DNA from: Octopus vulgaris
Lineage: Eukaryota
Direction of reading: 5' to 3'
Assembly (NCBI GenBank): GCA_951406725.2
Contig: OX597815.1
Span: 164,672,001 to 164,736,000, forward strand
DNA length: 64,000 nucleotides
The position numbers and the translations under genes were made by a program. Below are positions 13,018 through 24,737 of this stretch, piece by piece. The notes beneath the pieces are model-generated. The model was not told the DNA's origin and made no database searches. It saw nothing but the letters and a program-made list of their open reading frames with translations. The stretch's first letter is position 1. Each line of letters starts with the position of its first letter.

Positions 13018-13352
13018 GCTGTTTCAGTCATTAGACTGCGGTCATGCTGGGGCGCCGCTTTGAAGGATCGACCCTGATTTTTTTTTTCTATGGTCCTTAT
13101 TCTATCGATCTCTTTTGCCGAACCGCTAAGTTATGGGGATGTAAACACACCAGCATCGGTTGTCAAGCGATGTTGGGAGGACAAACACATATATATATAC
13201 ATATATACGACGGGCTTCTTCCAGTTTCCGTCTACCAAATCCACTCACAAGGCTTTAGTCAGCCTGAGGCTATAGTAGAAGACACTTGCCCAAGGTGCCA
13301 CGCAGTCGGACTGAACCCTGAACATTGTGGTTGGTAAGCAAGCTACTTAGCA
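13018..13352 (-). mobile_element. SINE family A
   Basis: Near full-length reverse copy of the 20292 element. Confidence 0.85.
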
Positions 13353-13829
13353 CACAGCACTTCTACGTCTATAATCATCATCATCATCATCATCGTTTAG
13401 CGTCCGTTTTCCATGCTAGCATGGGTTGGACGGTTCTACTGGGATATATACGACAGGCTTCTTTCAGTTTCTGTCTGCCAAATTCACTCACAAGGCATTG
13501 CTCAGCCCAAGGCTATATTAGAAGCCTTACCCAAAGTGTCATACAGTAGCACTGAACCTGGAAATGTGTGGTTGGGAAGCAAGCTTCTTACCACACAGCT
13601 ATGCCTAATATAAAATAGTTTTTTAAAACTTTGCTACAGATACACTACCAGTGATGGTGTGCTGTTTGTTTACTACAGGCAGTGGAGTGATAATGTCATT
13701 TATTGAGAAATAGGTAGACTTCTCGAGACAATAAATAGGAATTATTTTTGATTTTTCACACTCGAGAGTCTAGAACATTGTTCATTCATTCACTAGCCAT
13801 TTTCAGTCTTAAAAATTATCGCCCTCATA

Positions 13830-14750
13830 TATGGCAGGAGACATAAATATATCACATTTAAACTCAAAGTTGTGCAATATGCCATAGAATATGGAAACAA
13901 GAAAGCAAAAAGAAACTCCAGACTTCCACCAACTGAGCAGATGATTTGCCAGGATGGAAATTGAAAATTCAAAGAAAAAAATATAAGCATAATCTTTGTA
14001 CAGCACTAGCAAAATGGCCATTCTTAAAACTTGGAATATGCTGTGACTACAAAGATGATCATTTTGGAAGCAAGAAAGTTAGCAGCAAACACAGAAGTGA
14101 AAGGTTTCAAAGGAACTGCTCAATGATGCTTCATTTCATGAAACGAAATGGATTAAATTTGTCAACAGAAACAAAGTTAGCTCAGAAAATGCCTGCAGAA
14201 TACAAAGAGAAAATATCAGATTTCCATAAATTTACTAATAATGTGGTCCTAAACTGAGTCAGATTGGAAATATGGATAAAAAACCCTTTGGCTTTTAATA
14301 TGCTGTCTTATAAAAATGTAAATGTTAAAAGATGAAATCAATAACTAGTAAAACTACTGGACAAGAAAAGATTCACTACACAGCAGTTTTTAATGGGGCC
14401 AAACTTCCACCTCTGTTAATTTTCATGAAAAAACATTAAAGGAAAAACAGCTAAATTGAATTCATGTCATTCTACAAACCTAATTGATGGATGGATAATG
14501 AAGGTGTCATGGTACACTTATAAAAAGTGTGATCCAAGCATCTTGATTTGATGGCCTCTTATAAAACAAATTAATCACTGCTTGTATGGGATCAGTTTGG
14601 TGTTTAAAGGTTTGAAAACACCAAAATGTTAACAAAGAGACTAAACACACATCTGGCAGTAATTCCAAGAGGTCTAACTTCCTAGTTAAACCTTTTAAAA
14701 ATAACAAGAAGGAGCAAGGAAATAAATGGATGGTGGAGGGAAAGTATACC
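13830..14750 (+). pseudogene. Degenerate pogo-family (Tc1/mariner superfamily) transposase
   Basis: FMKRNGLNLSTETKLAQKMPAEYKEKISDFHKF, then SQIGNMD and TTGQEKIHYTAV: a CENP-B HTH followed by DDE N-terminal motifs, with frameshifts. Confidence 0.8.
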
Positions 14751-15796
14751 ATGAATCTGATTGTCTAAAGTGGCAAGCTGGCAGAATTGTTAGCATGCTG
14801 GGCAAAATGCTTAGTGGCATTTTATGTCTTTATGTTTTGAGTTCAAATTTCACTGAGGTTGATTTTGCCTTTAATCCTTTACAGGTCAATAAAATAAGTA
14901 CCATAGGGGTCAAAGTAATTAATTTAACCCCTCCCAGTGAAATTGCTGGCCTTGTCCCAAAATTCGAATTGTGTGGATGGATGCTTGAAGTTATGGTCCC
15001 ATATTAAAACGGAAGTCCTCATGAAATATATGGTATCACTGATGCTATGGATAGTACTGAAAACAACCGGCTGGTAGGAGATCAACAATATTGGGTGCAG
15101 CATAATCACTATGGTATGCTACACGAATAATTGCAGCACAATTAAAGCAAAATGTAAGGGACAATTAAACAGAGTACAGTTAAAGCATAAAGCCTAATTG
15201 CAGGACAGTTAAAGCAAAGAGTATAGTACAATAAAGCCTAGTAGTAAACCACTATATAAGTGGCAAGTGTCTGAAGATTTCATTCAACTAGGGACACACG
15301 TGCTCCACTTGTTTGCTCACCAGTCTTGTGATGACAAGCATTTAGCATGTGCTACCCAGGCACTGAATAAAAGTGTTGATGTGGCTTTCATAATTATAAA
15401 AAAATTATTTCCTAGAATTACATTTCTAAAATCAGGAGTATGCTTTCCACATGTAGTCGCATACACCATGACACTAAACATGATAGATAATTACATTGAC
15501 TTAAAAACAGGATGCAGTGTGATGATGAGTCATTCATTTATCATATAATGATTACATAAATGCATGTGTGATGTGAAAAGAGAGAGTGAAATAGACAGAA
15601 AGTAGAAAATGTTAAAGGGGTTGATGATAGATGATTACTGAGTATGCCAGTAATCCAAATTTAGCAGATAGATTTAGGACACAAAGGGATTGGCAAAAGA
15701 CAATTTACAACAAACTCATTCAATATATGAAAGTATAGTAAAACAGATACTTTGATTACTGATAGTGAATAAGAGGACAACTTTTTTTATACAAGA

Positions 15797-16160
15797 CACC
15801 CGGTGACACATAAAAGGCACCTGTGATGGTGAGACGTAAAGGGCACCTGTCACGGTGACATGTAAAGGGCACCTGAGACGGTGACACGCAAGGACACTCA
15901 TGACGGCAACACACAAAGGGCACCCGTGACGGTGACACGTAAAGGGCACCCGTGACGGCGACACGTAAAGGTCACCTGTGACGGCGACACATAAAGGGCA
16001 CCCGTGACGGCGACACGTAAAGGGCACCCATGACGGTGATACGTAAGGGGCACCCATGACGGCGACGTGTAAGGGGAACCCGTGACGGCAACATGTAAAG
16101 GGCACCCATGACAGCGACATGTAAAAGGCATCGGTGATGGTGATACATAAAAGGCACCCA
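15797..16160 (+). repeat. 26-bp minisatellite, about 14 copies (CACCCGTGACGGTGACACGTAAAGGG), fused to a LINE 3' tail ending about 16320
   Basis: Visible 26-nt periodicity that runs directly into CACTACACTC...AGGGCATCCAGCTG. Confidence 0.9.
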
Positions 16161-16554
16161 CTACACTCTTGGAGTGGTTGACATTAGAAAGGGCATCCAG
16201 CTGTAAAAACCAAGCCAAAATCAGACTGGACCTTGGTATAGCTCTTTGGCATACCAGTTCGTCACACCATACAATCCATGCCAGTATATAAAACAGACAC
16301 TAAATGATGATAATGATGACAATATTTAGTGTTTCAAACCACAAGCCAACAAGGGATTCTGTAAATAACCACTTGACTTGCAAAAAGTAACAGTCAAATA
16401 TCTCTACCAAACCATATTCTATCATCATAGAAAAACATATTAGATGTGATACTAAGTTTCTTGCACATAAGAAAAATGATAGGATGGTCAAAGTTGGAAA
16501 GTTTAAAACAACAATATAACGACTATTTCATTAAATATTCTTTTTAATCTTTAA

Positions 16555-17157
16555 GACTCGGCAAGCGCAAGTGAGACAATAACTTTGTGGTCTATGCCAG
16601 GGGTGTAACCAGTCCATTTATGCATGCCTTTCCTTCATTGGACACTAAACTCTGCTTGCGAAGACCTGTTGAGGCAAGTGAAATCGAAATCAAATTCGAT
16701 GACTGACATCTGTGCTAGTGGAGCGCTAAGAGTACCATACGAGTGAGATCGTTGCCAGATCAAGCTGGCCTCCGTACCAACTGGCACGTTAAAAACACCA
16801 TTCGAGCATGATCGTTACCTGCGTCACCTTACTAGCACTTGTGCTGGTGGCACGTGAAAAAACATTCGAGCGAGGTCATTGCCAGTGCCACTGGACTGGC
16901 TCCTGTGCAGGTGGCACATAAAAAGCAACATTTGAGCATAGCCGTTGCCAGTACCACCTGGCGGGCCCTCGTGCCGGTGGCACGTAAAAGCACCCACTAC
17001 ATTCTCGGAGTGGTTGGCGTTAGGAAGGGCATCAAGCTGTAGAAACTCTGCTAGATCAGATTGGAGTCTGGTGCAGCCATCTGGTTCGCCAAACCTCAGT
17101 CAAATTGTCCAACCCATGCTAGCATGGAAAGCAGACGTTAAACGATGATGATGATGA
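16555..17157 (+). mobile_element. RTE-like LINE 3' UTR with (GAT)n tail
   Basis: Repeated GGTGGCACGTAAAA modules, GTTGGCGTTAGGAAGGGCATC and a GATGATGAT tail. Confidence 0.85.
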
Positions 17158-17209
17158 CGATTACAATAAACTGTGTGTGAGCTGCAAAAGAATCCAGTGT
17201 AAAACTTAC

Positions 17210-17269
17210 CTTTAAACTTCTGTCTCTTACTACTTCTTCAACAGTCAATTCACTTTGCAACAGACGAAG
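17210..17269 (-). CDS. MIX23: MIX23/CCDC58 exon 4 (LRLLQSELTVEEVVRDRSLK)
   Basis: tttag acceptor and gtaagt donor, 60 nt. Matches human [20 protein letters not shown]. Confidence 0.96.
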
Positions 17270-17762
17270 CTAAACAGAAATAAAGAAATAAATAACAAAT
17301 GTGCACATTGTGTATCTGTGTGTGAGAGAGAGAGAGAGAGACACAGACAGACAGACAGACAGAGATGCTGAAAAACAAAGGTAAATTAAATTTACAGATT
17401 TGAAATGAACAAGATCAGTATCAGCTTTTATCTAAAGCCTTTTTTTTTTCATGGTTGAACAGTTATAGTCATGAATCAGTCAGAATAGCTTTTGTGGGGT
17501 TTAACCATTCTATCACAAATGCTTTATGCTTCTATGGCAGCAACATGTCCATCTTCTTAATGAGACCACAGATTTGCACCTGGAAAAATCTTGCTTTAGT
17601 CTGTGTTGGTAAAGCATAGTCAGATGCTACTAGAAGGAACTCTAGTTCTTGGCTTTTTGGGGTATCAAAAAGGCCTGGTTGGAGGCACATCCATCCTAGT
17701 TTTTTTATAGGGTTTACAAAAACTGAATGACTGCTGCATAAGTGTGTGAATCTGTGAGAGGA

Positions 17763-18215
17763 ATCATCATCACCATCATCGTCATCGTTTAACATCCACT
17801 TTCCATGCTGACATGGGTTGGACAGTTTGACTGAGGAGTGGTGAGCCAGAAGGCTGCACCAGGCTCCAATCTGATCTGGCAAAGTTTCTACAGCTGGATG
17901 CCTTTCCTAACGCCAACCACTCCAAAAGTGTAGTGGGTGCTCTTACGTGCCACCAGCATGAGGGCCAGTCAGACGGTTCTGGCAACAACCACACTCAAAA
18001 GGTGTTTTTCACGTGCTACCTGCACGGGAGCCAGTCTGGCAGCACTGGCAACGACCACGTTCGAATGTTGTTTTTCACGTACCGGTAAGACAACGCTGAC
18101 AATGATCATGCTCAAATGGTGCTTTTTACATACCACTGGCACAGAAGCCAATCTGTGACCCTGGCAACGATCATGCTCGGATGTGCTTTTAACGTTCCAC
18201 TAGCACAAGTGCCAA
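17763..18215 (-). mobile_element. RTE-like LINE 3' UTR
   Basis: Reverse complement of 16700-17157. Confidence 0.85.
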
Positions 18216-18327
18216 TGAGGTGGGAATATGTTGAATAAAATCATAATTAACTGATACTCCTGTATTTTGTTTTACCTAAAGCCAGAAACTTTTCAGCACC
18301 CCCTCGTATGTGTGTGTGTATAGAAGT

Positions 18328-18780
18328 GCAGGTATGGCTGTGTGGTAAGAAGCTTGCTTCCCAATCACATGGTTCCAGGTTCAGTCCCACTGTGTGACAC
18401 CTTGGGCAAGTGTCTTCTACTATAGCCTTGGGCTGACCAAATCCTTGTGAGTGGATTTGGTAGATGGAAACTGAAAGAAGCCCATTGTACATATATATAT
18501 GCACACACGATGGAAACTGAAGGAAGCCCATCATATATATATATGCATATATATATATATATGTATGTATGTATTTGTGTGTCTGTGTTTGTTCCCTCCC
18601 TACCGTCGCTTGGCAACTAATGTTGGTGTGTTTACATCCCCATAATTTAACAGTTCGGCAAAAGAGACCGATAGAATAAGTACTAGGCTTCCAAAGAATA
18701 AGTCTTGGGGTCAATTTGTTTGACTAAAGGCGGTGCTCCAACCTGGCCGCAGTCAAATGACTGAAACAAGTAAAAGAATA
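18328..18780 (+). mobile_element. SINE family A, followed by an inverted head at 18808-18965
   Basis: Full head, internal (TA)n/(TG)n and AAACAAGTAAAAG tail. Confidence 0.85.
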
Positions 18781-19577
18781 AAATATATATATTTACACAA
18801 ACACACACAATGGGCTTCTTGCAGTTTCTATCTACCAAATCCACTCCCAAAGCTTTGGTCGGACAGGGGCTATAGCAGAAGACACTTGCCCAAAGTGTCA
18901 TGCAGTGAGACTGAACCAGGTACCATGCGGTTAAGAAGCAAACTTCTTATCACACAGCCATGCCTGTATGTTTAATTCGAAACTTGGTAAATGCAAGGGA
19001 CATAACTTTCAATTTTGTAACCCAATTTCTTAAAGGTTTCATAACCAAACCATCTCGTCCCCAACCCCAACTTACTTTCTACCCTTCATTTACTTACCTC
19101 ATACTCTAACCATCCTGTACATGCTTGGTCATATTTCTATGAACCTGTATGCTTATGTATGCTCTTGTATGAATGCACATATATGCAGTAACCTGCAGGC
19201 ATTCCTGTTACACACAGCTCCCATCCTACAGGGTTCCTTCATTAGTTTATCCCTAATGCACTTTTTATCAACCCTTTCCTTAACACATACTAGAATTTCT
19301 TCCCACCTTTCCATTACAATGCCTGGAACACTAAAAAAAAAGAGACAGATAGAATAAGTACTAGGCTTATAGAGAATAAGTCCTGGGTTCAATTTGCTCG
19401 ACTAAAGGCGGTGCTCCAGCATGGCCACAGTCAAATGACTGAAACAAGTAAAAGAGTAAAAGTGTAATCTATCTTGTATGGTATTTAATTGTTTTATTTG
19501 TCCTGATTGATGGTACTGACCATTTTGAGTTATTTTTGTACTTCGTGTATTTAATATACTTTATATATTGACCTAGT

Positions 19578-19869
19578 GGAGGCACATGGCCTAGTGGTTA
19601 GAGCAGTGGACTTGCAGTTGAGGGATCGCGGATTCGAATCTCACACCGGGCAGTGTGTGTGTTTATGAGCGAAATACCTAAGCTCCACGCGGCTCTGGCA
19701 GAAAGGAATGGCGAACTTCTGCTGACTCTTTCGCAACAACTTTCTCTCACTCTTTCCTCCTGCATCTTGCAGCTCACTTGCGTCCCGTCCAGGTGGGGAA
19801 CCTATATGCCAAGGAAACCGGGAAACAAGCCCTTATGAGCCAGACGTGGCTCGAGAAGGAACAAACAAC
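19578..19869 (+). mobile_element. tRNA-derived SINE, family D
   Basis: TGGCCTAGTGGTTAGAGC A box, GATTCGAATCTC B box, a non-tRNA body and an (AAC)n tail. Confidence 0.75.
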
Positions 19870-20291
19870 ATATATTGATGAACACATGGTATGAATTGCA
19901 TGTTTATCATATTTCCCTTATGTTTGTGTTTGCTCTGTATATCATAACTGATAATACTACTAAGTACAGCAGCCTCACCAATAGCAATCATACGTCTGAA
20001 TGTACACACAAGAATTATCATTCAACAATCACGTTCCAGCAAAGATACTATAAAAAATGTATAAAAACAAAATAAACATAGTAAAAACGGTATGTATATT
20101 ATTTAACAGCTTTAGAGACTTTCTGAATTAGTCCGTAGAATGAATCCCGCTCAGAAAGAGAGAAAAAGTCGTTGCTACGAGCACCAAGGGAAATAATCAG
20201 CTATAGAGTACTATGAATGACTGCATCAGAATTTCTTCCAGATATTTGCAGAAACTACAAATAGAACACACTGTTTATTATCATTCTAAAT

Positions 20292-20455
20292 AGGCGTAGG
20301 AGTGGCTGTGTGGTAAGTAGCTTGCTTATAAACCACATAGTTCCGGGTTCAGTCCCACTGCGTGTCTTCTACTATATATAGCCTTGGGCCCACCAAAGCC
20401 TTGTGAGTGGATTTGGTAGACGGAAACTGAAAAAAGCCCATTATATATGTGTATG

Positions 20456-20514
<59 letters not shown>

Positions 20515-20724
20515 ATATATGTATGTGTGCGTCTGTGTTTGTCCCCACAACATCGCTTGACAATGGTGGTGTGTTTATGTCCCCATAACTTAGCGGCTCA
20601 GCAAAAGAGACCGATAGAATAAGTACAAGGCTTACAAAGAATAAGTCCTGGGGTCGATTAGTTCGACTAAAGGTGGTGCTCCAGCATAGCCACAGTCACA
20701 TGACTGAAACAAGGAGTAAAAGAG
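20292..20724 (+). mobile_element. SINE family A, full length, with internal (TA)n
   Basis: GGCGTAGGAGTGGCTGTGTGGTAAG head to GAGTAAAAGAG tail. Confidence 0.9.
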
Positions 20725-21069
20725 GTCAAAAACTGAAGTGGAATGAATACACATATCAAATGTTACAAAGTTGTAAAAAGGGCAGAACTTACAGAGAGCC
20801 ACACCTAACACACGCTAGACTACACACATAAGTATTATAATGGGAGTATGCTAATGAATATTTTGTGTGTACCATTTAAAATAAACATAACAGGTTCTAA
20901 AATGAATATGCAGTAGGATTAATGGGTAAGAGAAGATCTATGGCTAAAAACAAGCATGCAACAACAATATACAAAACCATGTCTAAGCTAGAAGACAGAG
21001 GAACAGTGAGGATTATATAGACAAAGAGTAGCCACCCTGAGTCATTTGCACACTCAGCATACCCTACAA

Positions 21070-22167
21070 CAGGGGATCAGGGAACTTTTTTTAACCAATT
21101 ACCACAAAATGTATATATTTACGCTGACATTACCCACCTAGTGAGATAGCTGCAGGAAAAGTACTTGGCCAAAAGTAATTCATTGTACTTAGTCTTTGTT
21201 GACCTGGAGAAAGCTTTCGACAGAGTTCCCCACTCTGTTATATGGTGGTCTCTAAGGAAGTTAGGAATAGAGGAGCAGCTTATTAGAGCTGTACAAGCCA
21301 TGTACAGTGGTGTTGTCAGTAAGGTGAGAGTCAGCCATAAATACAGTGATGAATTTAGCATACAGGTAGGGGTTCACCAGGGCTCAGTTCTCAGCCCACT
21401 CTTATTCATTTATAGTCCTGCAGGCCATAACAGAGGAATTCAAAACTGGGTGCCCGTGAGAACTGCTTTATGCTGATGACCTTGCTTTTATTGTAAAATC
21501 TTTAGCAGAACTGGAGAAGAAATTCCAGGTACGGAAATAAAACCTGGAATCAAACCTAAAACCAAAGTTGTTGTTAGTAAAAATGAAGATAAAACTCTCT
21601 TTCCATCAGGTAAATGACCCTGCTCAATATGTAGGAAAGGAGTTGGAAGAAATTCCATTCGCTGCACCCAGTGTAAACTATGGACACATAAGCGGTGCAG
21701 TGGAATCACAGGTAGATTAACAGATAAAGTCGTCTTTGTATGTGGCAGATGAGCAGGAACAAGAAGCACTAAGAGCACATGGATTCTCTCAAATGCCCAG
21801 ACATAACGCCCTCATTATGAAACAAAAAGACTTTCCAAGAAACTTTTTCACTTCAGGTTTTGGAGAAATGATGTTCCATCTCTGTTACAATTACACCAAA
21901 ATTGGGGCATTTTGATGCCAGAGCAATTTGGATAGTCTTCAGGGTCCGGTCGATTACTCTTTGTTTTTACGTTCATTAGAGTGGAAAATCCTTGTTTGCA
22001 AAGGTAGGTTGTTGCAAAAGACAGCAACTTTTTGACTCCCACCTCATGCCAAAAGAAACATTTCTGCCGTAACAAGGGACACGTTTTCTTAATATAATTT
22101 TACTTATGTCTAATGAATCTTCTTGACCCACAAGAATTTCATTTTTACCCTTGTTTGCCGACCCCTG
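21070..22167 (-). mobile_element. Internally deleted hAT (Buster/Charlie-like) transposon with a C-terminal transposase remnant
   Basis: TIRs CAGGGGATCAGGGAAC and GTTTGCCGACCCCTG. Flanks ccctacaa and ccctatac (nnnTAnnn). LLSFATTYLCKQGFSTLMNVKTK dimerisation motif at about 22030-21960. Confidence 0.8.
21135..21800 (+). mobile_element. RTE-like LINE RT core fragment nested in the hAT element
   Basis: FVDLEKAFDRVP, GVHQGSVLSPLLF and ELLYADDL motifs, followed by a Cys-rich PHD-like segment. Confidence 0.9.
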
Positions 22168-22409
22168 CCCTATACAATGCCAATGTCTTCAGATTGCTAA
22201 CCTCTTCCCATTCAATATCATTCACACTTGTTTAAAAGAGAATGACATAATTAAATTTTCCTACTTCAGAGTCTTATGACTATAAATAAAACCCTCCCAC
22301 CTCCTGCAGAACACTAACAAAAATTTACTTCACTCAGCTCACTTCCAAATGGATGGACCTTGATGAAGCTGCACTGATAATAATGCAAGGTTGCATCTGC
22401 AACCATGAG

Positions 22410-22630
22410 TAGTCTCAAAATGTGACCTCGTGTGTACCGTTGGCAATTTTTTTTCCTCTGTCTTCCCTTCTCGGGCTCTTTCCTTCTCCTATGTTTCTGA
22501 CGAAGAGCTCCGCTCGAAACGTTAAACCCTCCTTCTTCCCTTCTTTCCTGAGCGTCCAATAATACTATATTTGTTCCACGTTCTCGCGTTGTTGTGTTTT
22601 TTTGTGTTTTCTTGTTTGGATTAACTATAT
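22410..22630 (+). mobile_element. Penelope-like terminal repeat fragment
   Basis: Pyrimidine-rich tract, hammerhead motif and T-rich tail ending in (TA)n. Confidence 0.6.
22493..22527 (+). ncRNA. Minimal type-I hammerhead ribozyme motif (Penelope type)
   Basis: GTTT-CTGACGA-A-GAGC(TCC)GCTC-GAAA-CGTT-AAAC: intact core, stem II, stem I and palindromic AACGTT. Confidence 0.65.
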
Positions 22631-22640
22631 ATATATATAT

Positions 22641-22952
22641 ATCATCATCATCATCTGTTCTCCATGCTAGCATGGGTTGGACGGTTCAACCGGGGATCTG
22701 GGAAGCCAGAAGGCTGCACCAGGCTCCGGTCTTATCTGGCAATGTTTCTACAGCTGGATGCCCTTCCTAACGCCAACCACTCCGTGAGTGTAGTGGGTGC
22801 TTTTTACGTGCCACCTGCACTGGTGCCAGGCGAGGCTGGCATCAGCCACGGTCGGATTGGTGCATTTTACGTGCCACCTGCACGAAAGCCACTCGAGGCG
22901 GCACTGGCTTTGGCCACGATTCGGATGGTGCTTTTTACGTGCCACCGACACG
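22641..22952 (-). mobile_element. RTE-like LINE 3' UTR inserted in (TA)n
   Basis: (CAT)n followed by TGGATGCCCTTCCTAACGCCAAC, flanked by TA repeats. Confidence 0.85.
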
Positions 22953-22964
22953 TATATATATATA

Positions 22965-23162
22965 TACTCCATGATAGATCGCTGGCCACTACACATTCTT
23001 TATTTTCTCTCCTTGTTTCTTTCTGTGTTCCTTTCTGTGGAAGAGCGTAGGCTCGAAACATTAAAGACTTTTTCACTTCCCGAGCATTATACTAATACAT
23101 CTGTTTGTTGTCTACACCACCTGTCTTCGGCTTTTGTTTTTTTGTGAATTCTCCCTATATAT
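22965..23162 (+). mobile_element. Second Penelope-like terminal repeat, with a degenerate hammerhead at 23031-23066
   Basis: CTTT-CTGTGGA-A-GAGC(GTAG)GCTC-GAAA-CATT-AAAG. The tail is homologous to the minus-strand piece at 37655-37765. Confidence 0.6.
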
Positions 23163-24237
23163 ACTCCAGACAATTTTTACAATCCAGTGAAGTAAACACA
23201 AAATAACCCATCAGAAGAATTCATGGAGTGACTAGCAACAAATAGTAATCACAGAAGTTAAATACTGATTGACGTGGTTAGCCATTAACTGCAACTTAAC
23301 TGAGAGCCAATACGGTATCTGCCCGGATAACATCCCTCCAAACTCACTTTCATATGCGCACACACACACCCACACACAGCGAAAGAGAGAGTACTTGTGA
23401 AATAAATTCCTTCAGATATTTAAAAAAACCTCAAACATAGTTGATAGTTTCTATTACCCAAGTAAGCTCATCATCAGCAGTGGAGGAGGTTGCTTTGAAA
23501 GCATAAAAGAAAAAGAAAAGCACATACAAAATTCAGAGAGCTATTGTCTCTGCTACCAACAAAGGGATTCTCCCTTTGTTTGCAAAGGGTAGATTGTACT
23601 GATGGTTTTATATATGATGTATGGTATGGCATTGTAGAGAAACATACATTAAATGCAAATGTGCGAGGCTGCAAAGAAATGAAGTAAGCATGCTCTGCCA
23701 GATGTTTAATGTTAAAAAACATGAATAACGGAATACAGGTGAGTTGAGAGATTGCACTGGTAATGGATGATGACAGCTGGGTAAAAATGTTCCAGGAAAT
23801 TCAAATGAAGGGGACAGTACTAGAAAGGAAGTCTAGGGAAGATCTGACCTCACTAAGGAGAGAGCAAAGGAATGCAAGATGTAGTGAGGACTTGTATTGG
23901 AGAAAACTCATTTAACCCATGCAAGAATGTAAAAACATGTGAACATAATGATGATAGAATATACAAAGCTATGACTGCATGGTTAAGAAGTTCACTTTAC
24001 AACCACCTGGTTCTGGGTTCAGTTCCACTGTGTGGCACTTAGGGCAAGTGCCTTCCACTATAGCCACAGGTTAACCAAAATATCATGTAGTGAGACTGAA
24101 CCTAAAACCACATAGTTGCAAAACAAGCTTCTTAACCACACAGCCATGCCCTTGTATGAACAAAACTATCATATAAAAATAGACACAATAATAATTTTCA
24201 AATATCTGAAAAAGTTAAGAAAAATAAATTCTTAAAC

Positions 24238-24636
24238 AGGAGTGGCTGTGTGGTAAGTAGCTTACTTACCAACCACATGGTTCCGGGTTCATTCCCACAG
24301 CATGGCACCTTAGGCAAGTGTCTTCTACTAGAGCCTCGGGCCGAGCAAAGCCTTGTGAGTGGATTTGGTAAACGGAAACTGAAAGAAGCCCGTCATATAT
24401 ATGTATATATATATATGTGTGTGTGTATATGTTTGTGTGTCTGTGTTTGATCTCCCCAACATCCTTGACAACTGATGGTGGTGTGTTTACATCCCCGTAA
24501 CTTAGTGGTTCAGCAAAAGCAACCGAGAGAATAAGTACTAGGCTTCCAAAGAATAAGTCCCGGGGTCGATTTGCTCAGCTAAAAACGGTACTCCAGCATA
24601 GCCACAGTCAAATTACTGAAACAAGTAAAAGAGTAA
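24238..24636 (+). mobile_element. SINE family A, full length (further copies about 26476-26835 +, 51237-51606 -)
   Basis: Colinear with the 20292 copy. Confidence 0.9.
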
Positions 24637-24737
24637 ACATATTGAAACCACCCTGCTTTTTTTTTTTAATTCTAAGGGTGAAAGATAAAACAAATTAAAA
24701 GGAATGTAATAAATGTAATTAAAATCATGATACTAAC

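Noticed and set aside
15797-16160. CRISPR-like regular repeats (also 2307-3229)
   Set aside because: There are no unique spacers or cas genes, and the context is eukaryotic.
15716-16218. Cys/His-rich repetitive ORFs (also 43152-43500)
   Set aside because: They are translations of 26-bp minisatellites, open in several frames, with no splice or gene context.
19578-19650. Possible tRNA gene
   Set aside because: The acceptor stem is not closed and the sequence continues into a SINE body and tail.
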